64,000 nt of DNA. Origin: Felis catus. Taxonomy: Eukaryota. The position numbers were made by a program, and so were the translations under genes. Below, one piece after another: positions 1 through 11,490 of the stretch (positions within the stretch are counted from its first letter, which is position 1; every line of letters begins with the position of its first letter). Location of the stretch: NCBI RefSeq assembly GCF_018350175.1, contig NC_058368.1, positions 111,106,001-111,170,000 of the forward strand. Direction: 5' to 3'. Under the pieces are notes generated by a model. That model was given only the letters and a program-made list of their open reading frames with translations, was not told where the DNA came from and did not search any database.

Positions 1-565
1 TTTTTGTGACTGGCTTATTTCCCTTAGCGTAAGGACCTAAAGGTGCATCCATGTTGTAGCATGTTGCAGAATTTCCTTCCTTTTTAATGCTGAATAATAT
101 TCCATTCTATGTATATACCACATTTTGCTTTACCCATTCATCCATTAACAGACACTTGGGTTGCTTCCACATTTTAGTTATCGTGGATGATGCTACTATG
201 AACACAAGTACACAAATCTCTTCAAGACCCTGTTTTCAATTCTTTTGAATATATATCCAGAAATGGAATTGCTGGATCATATGGTAATTCTATTTTTAAT
301 TTTCTGAGGAATGGCCATACTGTTTTCCACAGTGGCTGTACTATTTTATATTCTCATTGATAGTGCACAAGTGTTCTAATTTCTCCACATCCTTGCCAAC
401 CCGTGTTATTTTCTGTTTTTTTTTTTTTTAAATAGTAGCCATCCTATTGGATGTGAGGTGGTACCGTATTGCACCTTTGATCTGTATTTCCCTAATGGTG
501 AGCAACATTGAGCATCTTTTCATGTGCTTTTTGGCCATTTATATTTCTTCTTTGGAGAAATGTCT
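1..565 (-). mobile_element. Old L1 (L1M-type) 3' fragment
   Basis: Antisense L1 ORF2 end / 3' UTR phrases (ggaattgctggatcatatggtaattctatttttaattttctgagg; gagcatcttttcatgtgc). Confidence 0.85.
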
Positions 566-599
566 GAATATTTCTTTTTTAACAACATCTTACTGATTC

Positions 600-2172
600 C
601 TTTTCATCTTCCAGACCTCTTAACCTTGTAGTGGCCAAGGGCATCGTCCTTGGACTTCTCTTTCTACACTCAATTCCTTAGTGATTTCAAACAGTCTTAT
701 AGCTTTAAATACCAGCCACCTGCTGACCCTTCTCAAAAGATACCTTCAGCCCCGAACCTACCTCTGAGCTGAGGCTACCATTTCTAACTGCCTACAGGAC
801 GGCTGCACTTGGACATCTAATAGGTATCTTAAGCTTACTATGTCTTAATGCTGAGCTCCTTATCCTCCCCCGAATCTAGTCCTTCCATAGTCTTCACATA
901 TCTTTTAATGGCAATTCTGTTTTTCCACTGGTTCAAGACAAAACTCTAGTCATCCTTGAATTCTTGTTTTCTCATGCCTCATCAACAAATCCTGTCAAAG
1001 CTATCTTCATAAAATATATTGACTTTGACCACTTCCCCTGCTACCACTCTAGTGTACTTTAACATCATCTCTTACCTGGTTTATTTCACTGACCTCCTCA
1101 CCTGTCTTCCAGCTTCAGCCTTTCCGCTTTCAGTCTGTCCTCCATAGGACAGCAAAGTAACCTGTAAAATCCAGTGTCAGATTATGTCACTCCTCAGCTC
1201 AAAACCATCTTTAGTACTCCTAGCAAAAGCCAAATTCCTAACAATGGCCTATATCATTTCTTTCTTCTACATGTACACAATAAGCATCTTCCTACCTCAG
1301 GACCTCTGCATTTGCTGGAGACCGCAAATGGTGGAGACAGTGGTTTCTTTTACTTTGTGCCAGGGACCCCTATGGCAGTTAGTAATGCCCATGGATTCCT
1401 TCTGATTACAGTACCTTTAAATCCATAAAATAAGTTTCATAAATTATAAAGAAAACCAATTATGCTGAAATACAACTCTCAAAATATTTTAAAAATGTGT
1501 AATAGAGTAATATATGTGTTTCTTATTAATTCATTAAATTACAAGAGCTAGCAGCATAATTATGAAGTAGTGATAACTGTAATGATATTTTAAGATATTT
1601 GCAGCAACTATAATGTGCTATGAAAATATCTGATTTCTACTAGCAACAACATCACAGGTGCTGCTAATAGCACTGTGATTTGCTGTCTGCATTCATAATT
1701 GAAGAACATGCCAAATGTTAATTCGTGAAAATAAAGATAACATTTTTTTCCCTATCTGAAGTCAAGACTCTGTGAATTCTATACACAGATCTCTGGAGGA
1801 GAGTGTCTGCGGACTCCATGTTAAGAACCCGTGCCTTAGAATGCTCTTCTCCCATAAGCCCTCACAGCTCATTCCTTCACCTCCTTTAATTCAAAAGCCA
1901 CCTTCTCAGTCAGCTCTTCCCTGAGGACTCTATTTAAATTGCATGCCCACGTTCCCTATCCCCCTTTCCTACTTAATTTTTCTGAACAGCACTTACTCAC
2001 CTTCAAATATAATATTTCACTTAAAAAAATTGTGCATTTCCTTCCACTAGAAAGTGAATTCCATGGGAGTAGGCATTTTTGTCTGCCACTTTTGTGCTGT
2101 GTCCTCAGCCCCTAGAATGGTACCTGGTATACAGGTGGCATTCAGTAAACATTTGTTGAAAAAAAAATGAAT
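600..2172 (+). mobile_element. L2 3' fragment interrupted by a hAT MITE
   Basis: L2-like gctttaaataccagccacctgctgac...; typical L2 terminus cagtaaacatttgttgaa..tgaat at 2143-2172. Confidence 0.7.
1335..1832. mobile_element. hAT-Charlie non-autonomous DNA transposon (MER119-like)
   Basis: Begins cagtggtttc...gacccctatggcagt...cccatggattccttct, AT-rich core, ends gttaagaaccc; sits inside the L2. Family name from memory. Confidence 0.55.
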
Positions 2173-5100
2173 AATTACATCTCCTAGAACTTTTATGTTT
2201 CCTCTCTTTTTTTTTTTCTGCAGTAAGTTCATGATTTGTGAGACTTTTACTAAAGATTAAAGAGTTATAATTATCTCCTTTCCTATTATTCTGTAAACAT
2301 TATCAAGGTTAACCTTAAACAGTAGCAGAGAGCAGCAAGAATGCAAGGATTCTGATGGAGCTTCCAGTCCTAAACAAGAAGTACCTTCCAAGGACTCCTT
2401 AGGGGACCTGTGTCTCACCCAAATTCAGGGAACCGCCTTAGAGGCAAAGTGCTACCCATAAAATTCTTTCTTGCTGTTACAGCAGTCAGGTCCCCATCCC
2501 CAATCAAACCAATAATTTTCATACCTTTTAATTCTGGCAGCATGGTAAAATGGACAACACATAATCTTGGGGGCATCCAAACCAGGTGCCAACTCTGCCA
2601 CCACTTCCTAGCTCGTGTGATTGTTGGTGAGTCACGAAACCTTTCTGAATAGATAAAATGGGATTTTTCTGAGGATGAAATGGGATGACTGGCATAGTGC
2701 ACAGCACAGGAGATGGTCATCTTCGCCCTCTTCCATCTCTCTAGGTCATTTTATAACTGCCTGCAAAGGCTCACAGGATCTTGATGGCTAAGAGGAGGAG
2801 CCTGTCCAGTCCTTTCCTGTATGTAAACCCGCTATATCTAGACCCAGAGTGCTTCCTTTGGACTGTGCCGCTGTAAATTGGTGCCTCCATTCCCACTTCA
2901 GATGTGTGGTTAAGACTGCCATCTGGACCTTGACCATGAAGCCTACCATCTAGCACAGTTTTTTCTCTTCTACTTCTTTTTGCCCTAACTGGGAGATCTT
3001 GTGTATATGTCATCATAGAGGACAAGATAGAAATCATTGTTCTCCAGTATTTCCAGTGTTAAGAGCTTTCAGGGAGCATATTCACCCTTCCAAAACACAA
3101 ACACCAGGGAAAGTGCTAATGTGCACCGTGCACTCTGAGCCAGGCCCCTGCTTTACACATATAGAATGTATGCAAACATATATACATATATGTATATATA
3201 CACACGGCTTCAGGAACCCTCCAACCATCCTATTCTATAGAAGAAAGAGACCCAGAGAGATGAATGCGCTTGCCCACATCAAGTAGCTTCTCAACTGCAA
3301 AGCCAGGATTTGAATCCAGGTATTTGACCATTTTTGTTACATGCTAACAGCTTGTGACATCTGTTTTCTGGCACTGAGTTTAGGCTTGGGAAAATCCTAC
3401 CAACTCAGAGCTAGAGTCAGGTCTGGAGGTGGTACCCCAGTTCCTCAGTCTTGCCAAACAAGCCTTCCCAGACTTTGTGAATGAAGGCCAAGGAAGAGAA
3501 ACGCTTCTGGGACTCCCTTTGAGCTCATATTTCTTTCTTGTTGCAGAAAGGGCTTATTTCCACATTCACCATCTTCCTCTTTGTTGTGTAGACCATTTAA
3601 CCCGTCAGAGGATTTGTGCTGTTGGAAGTTTGTTTATTATTAGATTTATTTCTCCTATAAGCAAATGTGTTCACAACATTCCATGGGGGAATCTTTTTAA
3701 GTGTCACATAAATGTCATCTTATGTAAATTGAGTATTTGTCTTTCCATTGAAGGGGGTGGAAGGGAAAGAAAGGAAGGATAAACAACCTTCAGTCTCGGA
3801 GAGGGAAGGCGGTTCCTGTCCCAGTTCACAACTCACCCACGTGCCTTCAAAGCCAAAGGTGAGTTGCAAAAATTATTGGATCATCTTTGAGGGGCAGCCA
3901 AAAGGGAGGGGGAAGGAAAAGTTGGCAACGATGCTTTGGGGATGTTGAACCAGGTTCCCAGGTCTCCCCAACAAACCCCGCCTGAGACCAGACCACCCTC
4001 TCCCCAATTGGGAGCATTGGGAGAAGGCTGCAGCTTGCCCCCGACACCTCCCCATCCAGGAGGCTAGCGCAGCTCCTTCCTCGAGAGAAGGTGAGCACCG
4101 CGGGCGCAGCGGGTTGGGTGGGTGTGGCCCGCGGCTCTGGGAACCGACCCAAGGCCCCGCCACCGCCCGCGAGCCGCCCGACAGCCCGCCTGCCTGGCGA
4201 GCGCAAGCGCTTCTTCCAGAAACTGCGAGGATCCGAGCGCACTGTTTGTGCACCACAAGGTCAAGTCGGGAAGTGGAGCCGGAGGAGGAGGGGCGAGGAG
4301 GCGAAGGGTGGGGAGAGGGGCGCCCCGCTTCCTCGCCAAGTGCCAGCCCTTGGAAGTAGCCCCCTCGGTTTTTAACCCTTTAGGGGGAATGGGAAGGACG
4401 AGCTAGGGGGGAAGGGAACACCTCGGGGCAAACTCCTACTGGGGCCAAGACTTGCAGCTACCCACCCACCCATCACTGCGTTCCCCACCCCCCGGAAATG
4501 CGGGGCAGAGCTGGGAGCCTGTAGGCACCCGAACGGGGGAGGGGGGCAACGAACCCGAGAGGGACCCTCTCCACGGACGGCCCCTCCTTCCTGAGGTCGC
4601 CGGCAATTTCAAGTTTCCCCCGCCCGGGACGTTAGTTTCCATCTGCTGTGGGTGGGGGAGAAGGGACGCGCCCCCTCCCCCAGACTCGCGCTCGTGCCCC
4701 TCCCCTCCGCTCCTGCCAGCACTTTCTGCTCACTTCTGGCGCTGCAGAGCGCCACGCGATTTATTCGGTTCGCATTTTTAAACCAGCGATTCGGGAGCAG
4801 GGCCTAGGGCGAGGGTCTTCCAGCGCTGGAGCCCCGGGAGGCGGGGTGCTCGGTGCAAACCTCGTTCCCTCCGCGAGTGTCGCCTTCAGGCTGTTATTTG
4901 CAAAGAAACGTCTTTTTGACGCAGGGAGAAATGGCAAATTTTAAGTACGTCATTAATATGGCGCCAAAAGATTTTTTTAAGTATAAGCTTGCTTTTTTTT
5001 TTTTTTTTTTTAAGGTTGCGGGGGGCGCCGCCCGGGTCTGGGGCTCGAAGGGGGCGGGGTGTGAGCAGAAAGTGTGAGAGAGTGGAGGGGCGGGGTATGT

Positions 5101-5379
5101 GTGTGAGTGTGTGAAGTGTGAGCAGACCTGATGGGACTTGCACGGGCGCAGCCGCCGCTCGGGCCCGGCCCTGGGGACAGGGCGGGCTGGGGGCGCCCCA
5201 GAGCCCATGGGGAGTCTGGGCCCGAGGTGCAGGCAGACGGGCAGCCGGTCAGAGCACCCTCCCCGCCCCCCCCCCCCCCCCCCGAGGCCTGCAACCCTAC
5301 CTGGACCCGCTGCCGGAGCCAAACAACCGGGCGGGGGGTGGGGCGGGAGACGGGGGGGGGGTGTCAGGAGTGGAGATCC

Positions 5380-5581
5380 GAGTGAATAAGAAAAAAGTGG
5401 CTACTCCCCCTCCCTCGCTCCTCCCGCCCGCCCCCACCCCACCCCCACCCCAACACATTTTTTTTCTAAAGAGATCACAAGGAAGTCTTGGTTTAAAAAG
5501 AAACAGAAACATACACAGGGGGATTGGTGAATGGTGCCGACCGCGGCCATCGCAGTTGGAGGCTATTTTTTTGGGAGGGGG
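5380..5581 (+). other. JADE2: Candidate JADE2 first exon containing an in-frame upstream ATG at 5531; 5' boundary approximate
   Basis: Strong donor GGG|GTGAGT at 5581/5582 inside the CpG island. ATG 5531 to the donor is 51 nt, in frame with ATG 14651. Confidence 0.75.
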
Positions 5582-5919
5582 GTGAGTAGCGTCCATGGAG
5601 TTACTTTGTGCCCATTCCTAGCGGCAAGGGCTTACGTCCAGCGGGCTGACCGTCCCCAGCAGGGGTGCGGGGCCGGGGACGCCGAGGGCCCGGCAGCCTC
5701 CCTCGCCGCGACCCCGGATGGATGCGCGCCCCCCGCCCGCCCGCGCCGGCCCCAGGAGCTCCGGGTTTCGGGAGCATCCTTCCAGCGCCGGCCCCCGCCG
5801 CGGCGCGTAGTCCAGGGCAGCGCCCCTCAGAAGGGCACCGCGGAGGAAGGTAAGATCCTGCCCCCAGCGATGGGCCCTGCGCATCTCCACGGCGTTATTT
5901 TATGTTTTTGCAACAGATC

Positions 5920-6138
5920 TGCCAGCGCTCCTCGCTCCCTCGCTCGCGCTCTCTCTCTTGCTCGCTCGCTCCCTCTCTCTCCTGCTGGCTGCCTGTTCTA
6001 GGAAGCCAGGGCGCGGGGGGGGGGGGGGGGGGATGCACAGCACCGGGGAGAGAGATTGCGCATGTTGGTCAGTCATGTTTTAAAGAGTACATTGCGGGGA
6101 GGCTGAGAGGGGCGCATGCAACAACAACTTTTGGAAGG
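5920..6138 (+). other. JADE2: Candidate alternative JADE2 first exon; 5' boundary approximate
   Basis: Donor AGG|GTGAGC at 6138/6139, preceded by a CT-rich initiator-like tract at 5925-5985. Confidence 0.55.
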
Positions 6139-9100
6139 GTGAGCTTGGCGACCTTCTTTATTAATGACTGCGGCAAAGCGCCCCCGGGCCGGTGAGGGGG
6201 CGCGGGCGGGCGGGGGCGCGCCAGGGCTGCAACTTGCCCCGCGGGCTCCGGCCGCGCGGAGGGGCTGCGGCGGGAGACCGCAGCGGAGGGGAGGTCGTTC
6301 TGCCGGAGACGGGGGTTCGGAGGACCCAGAGCTATCTGCCCTCCTGTCGCCCTGAGTTTCATTTTGTTGATACGCAGCACGTCCGGCCGCCGAACCGGGC
6401 TGAGCCGGTGCACATGACTCCGCGCTGGGCTCACGTGCAGCGGGTCCGGTCCCAGACACCTTCCGGGGGCCACCGCCTCCGCCCTGTCGCCCCCTCTCCG
6501 GGCTGGGTGCACGCGGGCGCTGCACGCGGGGGCAGCATGCTCAGCTCCCCGGCGCGGAGGCTCTGCACAAATTAAACAGTGTTTTGGAGGGGCGGGGGAC
6601 ACCCTTTCCAGGTGAGTATGCCGGGTGTGCAGTTCCGGCGTACGGGGCGCGGGCTGGGGTCGGGGGCAGTCCCCCCTCTGGGGCTGCGCGGGAGTCCGGC
6701 GGGGGAGAAGCGCTGGGAGAGTGGAAATGTACCGGCTGCGGCCGGAGCGGCGGGTGCGCGCCCGCGGGGCGACGGCAGGGGGCGTGGCCCTTGTTTACCT
6801 TCTCCCAACTCTGCCGGTTCGCGTCCCGCTTCGGGGACGGTACTGCAGTCCCCTGCCCTCCGCCTCGGTCCCTGCGCCCTGGGTGGTACTGGGAAGATGT
6901 AAGCAAGTGGCAGTCCCAGCCTGGGACATACACACCTGACCCTCAAATAAGTGACATTGCAGCCCCAGCCCCCACCAAACACCGCTGCAGTCCCTCTCCC
7001 GGATCCCGGGCCCCGCCCCGCCCCCGGCAGTGGCATCTTCCCGGCCTCACCTCCTTCCTCCCTCTCTCCCTCTCTCCCTCCCTCCTTCCCACCCACTCGC
7101 CTGCGCCTGCGGAGCGGCTCCCGCCCGCTTCCTCCCCGCCTGGGTGCAGACTTGTGGCTCCCTCCGGTCCCTTCCCGCCTATCACTGGGCCTGAGACACT
7201 CTCATCTCCAGGCCAAAGGATGAGAGGTCAGCCTCGCGATTCGTAGCTGTTACATCAGAAGGTGGGGATGTCTGCGAAACAGGGAGGAAGGCTTCGCAGT
7301 GGCTTCCAGAGGCCCAGGACCAACCCCCCCCCCACACACACCCAGTCTCCCCCCCCCCCCCCCCAGAGCTGCCCACTTCCTAAGAGGCTCGGCTCCTCTT
7401 ACCCGCTTCACCTAAAGATCTCTCCCCCGCCCTGGACGTCAAGTCCGCAGCCCCCGGCCCGAACCGCCCCTTGCCCTTCCTTTGCCTGGGCCAGAGCCCC
7501 CCGCAGCCACCTCCGGCTCCTCCTCCCGGCTCCCGCGGTCGGAATCACGCCGGCGCGCCTCCAGCCTGCTGTCCCGCGGACTGCCTCCAGGGGCAGGCTG
7601 GAGGCGCGCGCCACCCCCTCCCAATCCCCGTAGCCATCGCCGCGGGCCGGGACGCTTTTTTTTTTTTTTTTTTTTAAACCACCTTGGCTGCAGGTCTTAT
7701 GCCAGGGCTGGTGGGGGCGGGAAGGGCAGTGTTTCCCCTTGCCCTGAGCCAAGGGCACGGTGCACCCGGCGACTGTGGTCTCTGCAGATTTCCAAACCTT
7801 GCTCCCGCTTTTAGCAACCCTCGCTCATCTACTGCGGGACATAAAGTTTTACCCAGAGGCTGAGTTTGTAGGGGTCATCAGGAGGCATCTTGTTTGTGCT
7901 CAGAGTGGCGCTAAAGGGAGTTGGGGAGAGACTAAGAGGGCACGGCTGGCTTGCCGCCTTGCCTTTGTTGGAAGGGGGAGGAGCCCTGAGTTTTGAGCCC
8001 AAACTCGCTGTCAGGATGTCCCCTTAACGTTTATGTTTGCAAACTGAATCAGGGTCCCGGGTCCGCCGCCTGGTCCCTCCTCTCACGGTGGCATTGACTC
8101 CCTCCCTTCACTGGTAAAATTCCCAGTAGGACATTTGGCAAAAGGGCCATGCAAGGAGCTGCCAACCGGGCCTGGCCCTGTTTCCTGGGTTCCCAGGGTG
8201 CTGGCTTCTCCCCTACCCTGACTTCCTCTCTCACCTTAGGGCCCCAAGTGAACGCACCATCCCTCCCATCTCTTCTTCCTCAGGCGGGTTGGGACTTGCA
8301 AAGCGATCTAACAAGCAGAGGAGGAAAATAACAACAGAATAACTGTAAGGGGAAGGAATGAGTAATAAAGCCGACCCAGGCAGGGAGGAGGGCTTTCATG
8401 TTTAAGAGATGCTATTTGCTTTTTAGGTCACAGGCTGCAAAACAGGCTTTGATCCGAAGTGGGCGAATAATTTATTGAGAAAGTTTGCATGGTAGGGGAA
8501 AAAAAAGGGATGTTTGTTTGATCTGGAGCCCTCTCAGTTGTCCCAAGTGCTGTTGGCTGTTGTTTGGAGTGGAAAAGCATTTGGTTCTACAGCAAATGCC
8601 TCGCAGAGGGAAGTCCTCGCCCCAGGCAGCAGGACTTGCAGTGAATATTGGTTTTGAAACTGTTTGGCCAAAGGTCTCTCCAGCACTTTTGGAGATGAAG
8701 TGTTTAAGGACAAAGTTGTTTGGACTCAGGATGCAGCAAATGTTTCCAGAACATTTCCCATCCAACGTGCTTTTTCTTTCCCTGAATTTCATGGCTAAAT
8801 GGCCAGTAACATTATTCCAAGAGAGCTTCCACTTGCCTTTCATTGACAGGTGAGGTGGGACTGCTGGTCCCAGCCCCCAGATGCACTCTGGAGTCTTGAG
8901 GGTAGACCTCCGACACTGACTACCACATCCTTGACGGGGGCGGGGGTGGGGGGACAGCGGGGAGCAGGGTGCTCTAGTTAACCGGGGTTCCAAGTAACAG
9001 GAAGGTAGTTGTCTTACACCCAAGACCCAGTTCAGTGACTTCCAGTCCAAATTCTTGACAACTCATCCACCAGGCTCTTTGCAGGCCTTACAGTTAGTTC

Positions 9101-9329
9101 TGTGTTTAGGTGCTCCAAGGAAAGACCAGGCTGTGAGGAGGTATTCCTGGCCTGCTTTGTGCAGATCCACATAGGATCCTGACCGTGTGGCTTAAAGTTT
9201 AGGAACCCAGGAAGGTTCTCAAATAACCCATAGGAATCTGGAGTACATCAGCCACGCTCTGGGGTTGTAGGCCTGTGCAGGTTAGCCCGGGGGTGGGGTG
9301 GGGGGGGGGGCGCATGGTATACCACCTGG

Positions 9330-9530
9330 AGTCAGAGAGCCTGGGTTCGAATGCTAGCTATGCAGTCACCAACTGTAACAGTGCTCTGTGCCTCACTTTC
9401 TTCATCTGTAAGTAGGGTTAGTAACAGTCTGTATCCCATGATTGGTGTATGGATTAAGCAATATATTGCATAAAGAAGATTAAACCCACAGCCAGGCATG
9501 TGGTAAGCACTTGATTAGCATTAGCCATTT
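9330..9530 (+). mobile_element. MIR SINE
   Basis: ggagtcagagagcctgggttcgaat...ctctgtgcctcactttcttcatctgtaa core. Confidence 0.7.
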
Positions 9531-10789
9531 TTACTATTATTATTAATGATCTGGAGAGGGCCCAAATGCAGCTTTGACCTTTGATCTCTCCCCTTTAGGC
9601 TAGGCCAGAGAGCCAGCTCCCTTCTCTGAAGAAGGGACGAGAAGGACCCTGCAGTTGCCAATGGGCAGCCATCTGTGGGACCAAGTGGACTGAGCATTGC
9701 CCTCTGAGGTGGAGGGTAGGGTGAGAAGGTGCCGAAGGACAAAGTAGACAAAGCCCCTTTTCATTCTTCCAGGATCCCCTAGGTATGTCCCCAGAACTGG
9801 GTTTGGAGGGTCGGTGTGGGCAGCGTGTTCCAGGGAGTTGGGTGCCCTCAGGGACACTTGGAATTGCAAGTGGGCAGTGATGAGTGTTGGAGGAGGGTTT
9901 AGGCTCCCCTCTGCTTGGAGAAGCAAGTTTGAGGATCTGTGTGTACAAAATCATTTTTTGTAATGGCAATTACTGTCCCTCAGAAGGCATTAAAGTTAAT
10001 GAGAGATAGGAAAGACTGGGGCTCTGACCCCCGTTTAAAGCTGGTTTAAGAGTGTGCAGCTCTTGTTTTCTGAATGTCTGGCCTTCCCGACACAAGGAGG
10101 CTCTGAGGACAGGTTTTCCAGCCGAAATATCATTAAATTGTATTAGCATCTTATTACACACACGCCTAAGCGGTCTGCCTCAGACAGGGAGACTTTTTGT
10201 TTCTCTTTGAAAGATTGTGTCTGGAATGGTAAATTGCCTGCTTGAAAGCCGTTTTCCCCCCCTTTTTAAGGAGGAAGACGAAGTCCTGCTGTGTGTGGTG
10301 GCGGGCAGGGCAGGCCTGGTGGCCCCCAGAGAGGAGAGGCCGGAGGCCAGGTTGGGGTGTTTTAACTGCCCAGGGAGCGGCTGCACTAGCAGGCCTGAAA
10401 GGCCCACTGTTCCCAGGGTCAGCTGGAAGGGCGTTAATGGAGGCCCAGGGTGTTTATTTGAGTTTATTTGTGGCGAGGTCTTTAAAGGGGGCTGGCATTG
10501 GGCATTGGTGTTTCAAGTCCAGACTCGAGGCCCCCACTAAGACCAGTGGCTAGTGCTGCCAAGAAAACATCTGCCACCAAATTGCTGCCCTATTACTGAG
10601 TTGACATTGATCATTAGCCAGGAGCCCAACCAAATAAAGCCTCCTGGAAAATGTGTGAGGTTAAGATGGGGAAGGCAGGCTGTGAAAACAGGACGAAATC
10701 TTGGCCTGGGGTGTATGTTCCTGCAAGCTGCAGGCCAGCCAGCTGGGCTCTGTGCACCCCACACTTCTACAGGGAGGGGACAAGAATTC

Positions 10790-11490
10790 ACTCAGCATCC
10801 CTGTGTATCAAACCCCTTTTGTGTGCTGGACATAACACGAGCGGGCACTGGAGCTCCAGCAGAGATCCAGACAGACATGCTCCTTCCCCTCTTCTCCAAA
10901 GAGGACATTGAACAAGTAGCTCAACAGACACTAATCATGGTGGATGCTCTGAAGATGTTGAATAGCCAGGTTGTGGGTTTTCTTTAGATAAGGTAACTGG
11001 CATAAACCTCCTTGACCTTTAAGTTGAAATGTGAAGGATAAAAAGTCAGACATGCATAGACTACTAGAACCTTACAGCAGAGAGCGCAGCTTGTGCACTG
11101 GTCCTGAAGCATGGAATGTTTGGCTTGTTTCAGGAAATGAAAGGAGACCAGTGTGGCTAGAAAGTGGTGAGGAAGGGGATAGTGGTCCATGTGAACTTGT
11201 TGAGGTAGGGAGGGGCCAGATCATGTAGGATATTGTGGTAAAGAGCTTGAATTTTGCCCTTTGATCAGCAGGAAGCCTTTGAAAGATTTTAAATAGGGGT
11301 ATGACATGATCTGATTTATGTTTCTTTAAAGGTCATTTTGGCTGCTGTGTGGATTCTAGATTGAGGGGTGGAGGGGAGCAACAGTGGAAGGTGGGAGATG
11401 AATGAGGAGTCCAGGCAAGAGATGAGACTGGTTTGGACCAGTGTGGTAGCAGCAGAGATGGGGAAAAGTGGATGGATTCACAGTATGTTC
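10790..11490 (-). mobile_element. L2 fragment(s)
   Basis: Antisense L2 phrases (ggggccagatcatgtagg; atgacatgatctgatttatgttt; ggaccagtgtggtagcag). Confidence 0.65.

Larger units (their letters stand above)
4075..7790. promoter_or_regulatory. CpG island / JADE2 promoter region
   Basis: Very GC-rich and CpG-dense against CpG-poor flanks. Many GGGCGG boxes, YY1-like ATATGGCG near 4956, CRE-like TGACGC and TACGTCA at 4918-4952. Confidence 0.93.

Noticed and set aside
3847..7814. Many long overlapping ORFs (up to 220 aa) on both strands in the CpG island
   Set aside because: GC-rich DNA lacks stop codons; the products are low-complexity Pro/Gly/Arg/Ala with no recognisable domain.
8428..8849. Possible internal non-coding exon (tttttag at 8427, cag|gtgagg at 8850)
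   Set aside because: Splice-like words only, with no other support; it cannot be distinguished from chance without RNA data.
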